DNA of 64,000 nt from Bdellovibrionota bacterium (GTDB lineage: Bacteria; Bdellovibrionota_G; JALEGL01; DATDPG01): NCBI GenBank assembly GCA_963668355.1, contig OY764265.1:416001-480000 (forward strand). Reading direction: 5' to 3'. Below the pieces are notes generated by a model that did not search any database, had not been told where the DNA came from, and was given only the letters and a program-made list of their open reading frames with translations. Positions 56,949-64,000 of this stretch are shown in pieces. How positions within the stretch are numbered: the stretch's first letter is position 1; each line of letters starts with the position of its first letter. The position numbers and the translations under genes are program-made.

Positions 56949-57992
56949 CTATTCGGATGTTTCTACATTCAGTCGCGTGACAACTTCGTCAAATTCTCGA
57001 AGCATCTCGTTGCGCTTTGATTCTGGAACAAATGCGGCGCGAAATCCGTTTCGGGCAATTTCGACTACCTTCTCCCAAGACGGGGAAAAGGCATCCATCA
57101 TGCGGAGGTATTCATCGGTAACTTGAATGCCCGTAAGCAATCGATTGTCCGTACAGAGGGTCAGCGGAACCTCTCGTTCCAAATAACCCTTTAGGGGATG
57201 GTCTTGAAATGTGGGGACCAGGTCGATTTGAACATTGCTGGACGGACAACATTCCAACGGAATCCACGCATCTTTCACGCGCGCTTCCAATTCCGGACTT
57301 TGGTGTAAGGTTCTTCCGTGACCAATGCGTTGGGCTTGGCAAAGGTCGATGGCTTCTTTGATGCTGGGGGGACCATAGTCTTCTCCCGCGTGAACGGTCA
57401 AACCCAGTCCGGCTTCTTTGGCGATGCGAAAGGCTTCGGCATGTTCCCCCGGAGGATTGCCCCATTCGGCATGCGCCAAATCAAACGCCACAACGCGCTC
57501 GGACATCAACTCAACCGCAATCTTCGCAACCTTAACGGACTCTTCCGGCGGCAAGTTTCGCAAGGCACAGATAATTTGATTGGTTTGAATCGGATACGCT
57601 TGTTCGGCGCGTTCCAATCCTTTTCGAATGGATTGAACCACTTCTTGCGGAGACAATCCCTTCTCCGTAGCCAACATCGGCGCAAACCGAACTTCGAGGT
57701 AACGTACGTTTTCTTTGGCCGCATCTTCCGCTAATTCATATGCCACGCGCTCCAACGCTTCTTTGGACTGGAGAACGGCGCATGTATACCCAAAGGCTTC
57801 CAGGAATGTGGGAAGGGATTTCACCTTCTTTCCACAAACCAATTTGGTTTTCAGTTCATCTAAATCAGAGGTGCCTAGATTCACGCCCTCGTCTCGGGCA
57901 ATTTCCAACATGGTTTCGGGTCTAAGGGACCCATCCAGGTGGCAGTGTAGATCGGTCTTCGGCAGTTGACGTACAGCTTCTTGAATATCCAT
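56949..57992 (-). CDS. add: Adenosine deaminase
   Basis: LPKTDLHCHLDGS, TVHAGE, RIGHG, CPSSN, TDN. Confidence 0.9.
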   Translation of the reverse strand: MDIQEAVRQLPKTDLHCHLDGSLRPETMLEIARDEGVNLGTSDLDELKTKLVCGKKVKSLPTFLEAFGYTCAVLQSKEALERVAYELAEDAAKENVRYLEVRFAPMLATEKGLSPQEVVQSIRKGLERAEQAYPIQTNQIICALRNLPPEESVKVAKIAVELMSERVVAFDLAHAEWGNPPGEHAEAFRIAKEAGLGLTVHAGEDYGPPSIKEAIDLCQAQRIGHGRTLHQSPELEARVKDAWIPLECCPSSNVQIDLVPTFQDHPLKGYLEREVPLTLCTDNRLLTGIQVTDEYLRMMDAFSPSWEKVVEIARNGFRAAFVPESKRNEMLREFDEVVTRLNVETSE

Positions 57993-58030
57993 CGGCAGAG
58001 TGTAATGAGGATGAAAAAAAAAGAAAGGGC

Positions 58031-58498
58031 TCAGGTATTTTTCTTTTTTTGCGTGCGCTCGGCTTCGAACTCTTGTCGAAGTTTTCCGACGCGCTTGAGA
58101 AGGGTGGAAAGGTCTTCATGAACCTCTTCTTTTCGTTTCCACGGCTTCGACAATTTCTGTTTTTTGCGAAGTTCGTCCAGATCCGGAATGGGCTCGGTGA
58201 CAAAGCGAATTCCTTCATACTCTTTTCCGGTGCTTTCCCGTATGGCTTCCAGAATATGTTCTTTCATGAGTTGGAGATGATGCGACCAAGCCGGGGACTC
58301 CGCAGCAACAATCAATTTGTTTCCTTGAACGCGTTTGGGGAATGTCCGTTTGGCCAGCGCCTCCCCCACGGCATTCGTCCACGCTTTTTGAACTTTATAG
58401 AGTTGCACCAACGAAGCGCCTTTTTTGGCCCCGGGTTGGCCTGCAAAAATATCTCCCAGGGCGACGGGTTTTCCATATCTTTTCCTGCGCTTAGCCAC
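58031..58498 (-). CDS. DUF721/DciA-family protein
   Basis: W..AVGE.LA..TFP....G.KLIVAAESPAWSHHL. Confidence 0.8.
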   Translation of the reverse strand: MAKRRKRYGKPVALGDIFAGQPGAKKGASLVQLYKVQKAWTNAVGEALAKRTFPKRVQGNKLIVAAESPAWSHHLQLMKEHILEAIRESTGKEYEGIRFVTEPIPDLDELRKKQKLSKPWKRKEEVHEDLSTLLKRVGKLRQEFEAERTQKKKNT

Positions 58499-58594
58499 GT
58501 TCTTCGTTTCCCAGTTCCGCTCTCGCTTGACAAGGTTTTCCCGCGAAATGTAGGATAAAAAGCGTAACTGTTTTATTTTACAAGTGTTTTTCCT

Positions 58595-59671
58595 ATGAAG
58601 AATTGTCCATTATGCGGTCTGGCCATTGATAGCACAGACCTCATGCGCCATTATCTGCAGGATGAAGGCTTGGTGGCCTATATCCAGACCATCTATCCTG
58701 GATGGAAACCCGAAGACGGTGCCTGCGCGCCCTGTTTGGAGAGCATGGCGCATGATCATATTTCCAAGAATATGAATTCTGCCCCTCCGGAAGATTCTGG
58801 GGAAGAAAAGACCGTCATCACGGAAGCTCCTGAAATGATTCCGAGCTCTTTGAAGAGCCAACCCAGTGTGGTTGTGATTCATGGTGTGGATTTTGGACGC
58901 AAATTTGATTTGGATGGACGAGAATCCATCATCGGCCGAGGAGAACACTCTCAAATTCGTCTAAACGAAGACAATGTGTCTCGTGTGCATGCCAAGATCT
59001 TGAACCTGGGTGAAGAGATTCTCATTGAGGATCAAGACTCCACGAATGGAACCTTCGTCAACACACGAAAAGTCAAAACGCAGCCCCTTAAAGATGGGGA
59101 TCTCATTTTGATCGGAAACACGATCTTGAAATTCATGTCCGGTTCGAATGTGGAAAACCAATACCACGAAGAAATCTACCGTCTGGCGACCTTGGATGGC
59201 CTTACCCAACTCTTCAATAAAGCTTACTTCTTGGAAAAATTGGAGGATGAGTTCAGTCGTTCGAAACGATATGGACGTGATCTGGCGCTTCTCATGTTTG
59301 ACTTTGATCATTTCAAAGCCATCAACGATACTTACGGGCATCAAGCCGGTGATGAAGTCCTCAAGAAAACCGCCTTCATCATTCTCAAGAACATGCGAAA
59401 GGAAGATATTTGCGGACGGTATGGAGGTGAAGAGTTTGGATTACTCCTTCCAGAAACGCCCAAAGTTCATGCCGTTCAATTGGCCGAAAAAATTCGAAAA
59501 TTGGTCAAACGCATTCCCTATGCTTCGGGTGGAGACACCTTCAGCGTGACCATTAGCTTGGGCGTCGCCTACTTGAATCCGTCCATTGACACGTCCGAAG
59601 ATTTCATCGCCGCAGCCGACAAAGCCTTGTATCAAGCCAAGAAAGACGGTCGGGACTGCGTTCGGTCATAG
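58595..59671 (+). CDS. FHA-GGDEF diguanylate cyclase with N-terminal Cys motif
   Basis: IGRG..VSRVHA..STNGT (FHA); DFDHFK.IND.YGH, RKED I-site, RYGGEEF; CPLC...CAPC. Confidence 0.88.
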   Translation: MKNCPLCGLAIDSTDLMRHYLQDEGLVAYIQTIYPGWKPEDGACAPCLESMAHDHISKNMNSAPPEDSGEEKTVITEAPEMIPSSLKSQPSVVVIHGVDFGRKFDLDGRESIIGRGEHSQIRLNEDNVSRVHAKILNLGEEILIEDQDSTNGTFVNTRKVKTQPLKDGDLILIGNTILKFMSGSNVENQYHEEIYRLATLDGLTQLFNKAYFLEKLEDEFSRSKRYGRDLALLMFDFDHFKAINDTYGHQAGDEVLKKTAFIILKNMRKEDICGRYGGEEFGLLLPETPKVHAVQLAEKIRKLVKRIPYASGGDTFSVTISLGVAYLNPSIDTSEDFIAAADKALYQAKKDGRDCVRS

Positions 59672-59743
59672 TTCCGAACTGGGAAACGGGTCTTTTGGCT
59701 GAATTTGCCTTTTTAAGCAGCATTGGATAGGCATCTCTCTTTC

Positions 59744-61471
59744 ATGACTGTTGTGAAACGAAAAATCCAACGATTGTCCGAGTCCGTGATTCAAAAAATC
59801 GCGGCCGGTGAAGTGGTGGAGCGCCCGGCGTCCATCGTCAAAGAGTTGTTGGAAAATTCTCTGGATGCCGGAGCTCGGCGGATTGAAATTCGTCTGGCGG
59901 ATGGCGGGAAAAAAGCTATCCATATTGTAGATGACGGACAGGGCATGTCACCGGAAGAAGCTCTTTTGGCATTGGAGCGTCATGCGACGTCCAAGATCTC
60001 TCAAGCCGAAGACTTAGACTCCATTGAAACCTTTGGATTTCGGGGTGAGGCGCTCGCGAGCATTGGAGCCATTTCTCATCTGGAACTGATGACGCGACCC
60101 GAAGGAGAATCTGAAGGCACAAAGATTCGTGTAATGGGGGGCGAGAAAAAAGGACCCATGCCACATGGTCATCCCGTCGGAACGTCCATTCATGTTTCCA
60201 ATCTTTTTTACAATGTTCCGACGCGAAAAAAATTCTTAAAAGGAAAAACCACTGAATTGGGTCACATCGACACGATGATTCGTCGAATGGCTCTCACGCA
60301 TTTTGATCGAAGTTTCTTGGTGGAACACGAAGGCACCGTCTCCCTTCAAACTTCTGCATGTGATTCCTTGAAGGAAAGGCTTTTGCAATTATATGGGGAA
60401 GACGTGTGCAAAAACCTGGTTCCCGTGGAAGCACAAGAGGGACCGCTTCGGGTATCGGGGTTCATCTCCAATGCTCACTTGAATTATTCTCGGGCCAAGG
60501 AGTTGTGGCTTTCGGTCAACGGACGACATGTTCGAGATCGCGTGTTGCAAGCGGCAGTTATGGAAGGATATCGAACCGCGCTGATGGAGCGGCGCTATCC
60601 CTTCGCCGTCATTCAGGTACACGTACCTCCCGACACTGTGGATGTGAATATTCATCCCACCAAAATGGAAGTGCGTTTTTCCGATTCGCAATCCGTTTTT
60701 CGTTTGATTGTGCACGCCATTTCAAACGCGTTGACGTCCAAGGAGGTATTGACACCCTCTTCCTGGAAGCCTTCTTTCTCACATGCCGCTTCGCAAGCCC
60801 CGACGACTTCCGGTTCGTTCGGGTTTTCCAATGTTGTGGCTCGAATGCCGGCGGAGCCGTATCGTGCGGATCCAACGCCCCAAGAAGGATTCTTTTCGGC
60901 CTTGGAGTGGTTGGGGGTTTTGGACCACACGTATCAACTGTGTCGAACGGCGGACGAACTCATTGTCATCGATCAACATGCCGCCCATGAGCGTGTGCTC
61001 TTTGAAAAACTTAAAAAAGCCTACCAAACACAAAAGCCAGAGTGTCAAACGCTCTTACTGCCCATCACGTTTGAGACCACGCCCGAACGAGAACGCCAAC
61101 TCTTGGACCTCGCGCCGCTCTTGCAAAAACTCGGATTTCTCATTGAGTCCTTTGGGCCTCGAACCTTGGTCGTCAAAGAAGTTCCGGCCATTCTGGCCAA
61201 AACCAATCCAGAGTCTTTGTTGATTGATTTGGCGGATGCCGCTGAAACCGAAAACAAGGAGGCGCCCTTTGTGGATCGGCTGGATGATTTGTTCAGCCGT
61301 ATGGCGTGTCATCGTTCCATTCGTGCCCACGACGCCATCACGGCCTCAGAATTTCGAGCTTTGGCCCAGGCGTTGGACGAAAGCGATCATCCTTCGCAAT
61401 GTCCCCATGGCCGCCCCACTTTTTTACGCCTTTCGATTGAAGACTTGGAAAGATTGTTCAAACGCGCATGA
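59744..61471 (+). CDS. mutL: DNA mismatch repair protein MutL
   Basis: IAAGEVVERP, GFRGEAL, DQHAAHER, ACH, CPHGRP. Confidence 0.95.
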   Translation: MTVVKRKIQRLSESVIQKIAAGEVVERPASIVKELLENSLDAGARRIEIRLADGGKKAIHIVDDGQGMSPEEALLALERHATSKISQAEDLDSIETFGFRGEALASIGAISHLELMTRPEGESEGTKIRVMGGEKKGPMPHGHPVGTSIHVSNLFYNVPTRKKFLKGKTTELGHIDTMIRRMALTHFDRSFLVEHEGTVSLQTSACDSLKERLLQLYGEDVCKNLVPVEAQEGPLRVSGFISNAHLNYSRAKELWLSVNGRHVRDRVLQAAVMEGYRTALMERRYPFAVIQVHVPPDTVDVNIHPTKMEVRFSDSQSVFRLIVHAISNALTSKEVLTPSSWKPSFSHAASQAPTTSGSFGFSNVVARMPAEPYRADPTPQEGFFSALEWLGVLDHTYQLCRTADELIVIDQHAAHERVLFEKLKKAYQTQKPECQTLLLPITFETTPERERQLLDLAPLLQKLGFLIESFGPRTLVVKEVPAILAKTNPESLLIDLADAAETENKEAPFVDRLDDLFSRMACHRSIRAHDAITASEFRALAQALDESDHPSQCPHGRPTFLRLSIEDLERLFKRA

Positions 61472-62358
61472 TTCCAAAGATTGTCATTCTGACCGGGCCC
61501 ACGGCTTCGGGAAAAACCTCTTTGGCCCTCCAATTGGCCCAAGATTTCGCCTTGGAAATTGTCAATGCCGACAGTCTGCAGGTGTATCGTTACCTTAATA
61601 TAGGAACCGCCAAACCCACACCCGAAGAACAGAAACAGGTTCCCCACCATCTCATCGATGTCCTGGACCCCGATGAGGAAGCCAATGCGTATTGGTATTC
61701 GGGGGTCGCTTTGGAGAAGATTCAAGACATCGTCGCGCGGGGGAAAACGCCTCTGGTTGTGGGAGGAAGTCCTTTCTATCTTCAAGCCCTGGAACGCCCT
61801 CCCCAAGAGGAAAGCCAAGTACCTAGAATCACAATTGAAAACTTGGAAGAGGCCCATAGCGAACTCGCACAAAAAGACCCCGAAGCCGCAAAAAAAATTC
61901 ATCCCAACGACCGGTACCGCCTGGAAAGGGCCCTGGCCCTGCTGGCCAAGGATATGCAGCCCAGCCAGGAATGGAAGAAAGCTGCTCATCAGCCCCCGGT
62001 CGTTCAAGCCCATTGGTTGGCGCTGGACATTCCGAGGCCAAAGCTTTATGACCGCATCCATCTCCGGATGGAGCAGATGTTTGACAACGGCTTGATTGAA
62101 GAGGCCCAAAGCGTATTGGAGAGATTTCCGGCCTCAAAACCACGCCTGCAAAAGACCATTGGATACAAGGAAGTCTTGAGCTTTCTGGAGGGGGACTTGC
62201 CGAAAGAAGCCGCCCTGGAAAAAGCCCAGCAAGCCACACGAAATTATGCCAAGCGACAAATGACTTGGTTTCGGGCAGAATCACGAGTTCAATGGCTTGA
62301 ATCTTTAACTGCGTTGGATCGAGCCCGCGAGATCATGGAAGAGGTGAAGGAAGCATGA
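61468..62358 (+). CDS. miaA: tRNA dimethylallyltransferase
   Basis: [35 protein letters not shown]; follows mutL. Confidence 0.95.
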   Translation: MIPKIVILTGPTASGKTSLALQLAQDFALEIVNADSLQVYRYLNIGTAKPTPEEQKQVPHHLIDVLDPDEEANAYWYSGVALEKIQDIVARGKTPLVVGGSPFYLQALERPPQEESQVPRITIENLEEAHSELAQKDPEAAKKIHPNDRYRLERALALLAKDMQPSQEWKKAAHQPPVVQAHWLALDIPRPKLYDRIHLRMEQMFDNGLIEEAQSVLERFPASKPRLQKTIGYKEVLSFLEGDLPKEAALEKAQQATRNYAKRQMTWFRAESRVQWLESLTALDRAREIMEEVKEA

Positions 62359-63326
62359 AGTTTTATCTCGATTTCGAGAAACCCATTGTTGAGTTGGAAC
62401 GCAAAATTGCTGAGTTACGGGACTTTTCTCAAAATGAGAATTTGGACATTCGAGAAGAATTGAAAAAACTCGAAACCAAACGGAATAAACTCATCACGGA
62501 TGTGTTTTCGAAACTGAGTCCCTGGCAAACCACACAACTATCCAGGCACTCTGAACGTCCCTATACCCGCGACTATTTTGATTCGGTCTTTGAAGATTTT
62601 ACGGAACTTCATGGAGACCGAAACTTTGCGGATGACCCAGCCATCATCGGAGGACTCGCGCGCTTTCTGGGACAACCCGTTCTTGTCTTGGGACACCAAA
62701 AAGGTCGAACGACTAAAGAGAAGGTGCGACGAAATTTTGGCATGCCCAGACCGGAAGGCTATCGAAAAGCCTTGCGTTTAATGAGCATGGGGGAACGTTT
62801 TCACATTCCCATCATCACGTTGATTGATACGCCGGGAGCCTATCCAGGAGTCGGCGCCGAAGAGCGTGGGCAAGCGGAAGCCATTGCCAAAAACATCTTG
62901 GTGATGTCGGTTCTGAAAACGCCCATCATCTCCATCGTCATTGGCGAAGGTGGCTCCGGAGGAGCCTTGGCTGTCGGCGTGGCCGATCGGATTTTGATGT
63001 TGCAGTACTCGGTGTATTCGGTCATTTCACCCGAATCCTGTGCCGCCATTTTATGGAGGGATTCTCAAAAAGCCGAGTTGGCCGCCAAGGCCTTAAAACT
63101 CACCGCCCCGAGCATTAAAGAATTGGGCATCGCGGATGACATCATTCCCGAACCTCATGGTGGGGCCCATCGAGATTTTGAAGCCATAACCGGTTCGATT
63201 CGAAAATACCTGAAGAAACATCTGGACGAGTTGAACGCCATGGATCCCGAAGACCTCGTTAAGAAACGTTACGATAAATATCGCAAGATCGGCTACTTCG
63301 CCAACGGTACCGGCAAAACGCCCTAA
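62355..63326 (+). CDS. accA: Acetyl-CoA carboxylase carboxyltransferase alpha
   Basis: [42 protein letters not shown]. Confidence 0.96.
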   Translation: MKFYLDFEKPIVELERKIAELRDFSQNENLDIREELKKLETKRNKLITDVFSKLSPWQTTQLSRHSERPYTRDYFDSVFEDFTELHGDRNFADDPAIIGGLARFLGQPVLVLGHQKGRTTKEKVRRNFGMPRPEGYRKALRLMSMGERFHIPIITLIDTPGAYPGVGAEERGQAEAIAKNILVMSVLKTPIISIVIGEGGSGGALAVGVADRILMLQYSVYSVISPESCAAILWRDSQKAELAAKALKLTAPSIKELGIADDIIPEPHGGAHRDFEAITGSIRKYLKKHLDELNAMDPEDLVKKRYDKYRKIGYFANGTGKTP

Positions 63327-63347
63327 TGGTTTTGAATCGCGCGTTCT

Positions 63348-64000
63348 CTACACAGAGGTTTCTGTAGAAGAGGTGTCTGCATCTGTTGCTTCGGGTTCCA
63401 CAACCTCGGGATCTTCCGCTTTTTCTTCGGGATTGGGTTCCGCTGCAACTTCGACGGCCTCTCCTTGAACCGGGTGGTCCTGACGAAAAGCTTTGATCCG
63501 CGTTTCAAAGGCCGAGAAATCTTCTTTGCCAATCATGGACACACAGGCACGCACGCCCTCTTCCCGCGTGCTATGCGTGATCAAAAGCGTCGTGGAAGAG
63601 ATGCCATAATAAAGAAGTTCTTTGACCAACTCTCCACCGGTCATCCCTGGATAGGAGAATGTAAAATAAAATCCATCGGCCAACGGTTCGCCCAAATCTT
63701 CCTGGTAGACCAATTGGAATCCCTGGTCCTTCATCACCTTTCGAAGATGGTTGGCCCGCGTCGCATACTCCTTCACATTTTTGACGAAGTTGAACTCGCC
63801 CTTGTTCACTTTTCGAAGCAAGGTCAGCAAACCATACTGCGGACTTTGCGGAACACTGGATGTTGTGCAATACAAGGCAGACAACAAGAAGGCTTCCCCA
63901 AAAGATTTGAAACGAAAATGTGAAACCAATCCTTCAAATTCGCGTTGGGCCAATGTCGGAGAAATGGCCGCAATGGCTGCACGTTGTCCGGCATAGCTAA
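63348..64000 (-). CDS. PLP-dependent aminotransferase (class I/II), 3' part; starts beyond the window
   Basis: Frame appears open to the window edge; DGFYFT, LLYYGIS, GVRACVS C-terminal pattern; acidic tail. Confidence 0.65.
   Translation of the reverse strand, partial: SYAGQRAAIAAISPTLAQREFEGLVSHFRFKSFGEAFLLSALYCTTSSVPQSPQYGLLTLLRKVNKGEFNFVKNVKEYATRANHLRKVMKDQGFQLVYQEDLGEPLADGFYFTFSYPGMTGGELVKELLYYGISSTTLLITHSTREEGVRACVSMIGKEDFSAFETRIKAFRQDHPVQGEAVEVAAEPNPEEKAEDPEVVEPEATDADTSSTETSV

Noticed and set aside
61387..62109. 240-aa minus-strand ORF
   Set aside because: Antisense to miaA

Overview
Bacterial chromosomal window with roughly balanced GC. Gene content (RRM proteins, FHA-GGDEF, many orphan secreted proteins) suggests a deltaproteobacteria/Bdellovibrionota-like host, but this is inference only. 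Bases 1-39.7 kb hold metabolic and stress genes: an aldehyde dehydrogenase, an encapsulin-type ferritin, hemerythrin, an M49-like peptidase, a 1802-aa orphan, a divergent two-racemase/GNAT/M20 cluster, msrA, sdhACDB, two RRM paralogues with an identical 70-nt leader, a GH18 chitinase with a T9SS-type tail, an NhaR-like LysR mini-regulon, a DEAD-box helicase, TetR/AhpD/GST, a DUF1554 lipoprotein and hcp. Bases 39.7-52.07 kb look like tandem islands integrated at an initiator tRNA-Met. The inner one is an apparently intact ~9.6-kb phage-satellite-like element (integrase, Xis/AlpA-like, Prim-Pol/SF3 helicase) with att cores, arm-type repeats and a shared int/xis operator; it carries an IetAS-like AAA+subtilase pair and a solo AbiGi-like gene. 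The outer one is an older decayed element with an integrase remnant and an AbiE type IV TA pair, followed by a 3x109-bp structured repeat array that partly resembles the target tRNA. Bases 52.1-64 kb are mostly core genes (S41 protease, murJ, add, DUF721/DciA, FHA-GGDEF, mutL, miaA, accA, a partial aminotransferase) plus a second AbiE-like pair. All family calls come from motif recognition by eye; no searches were run.
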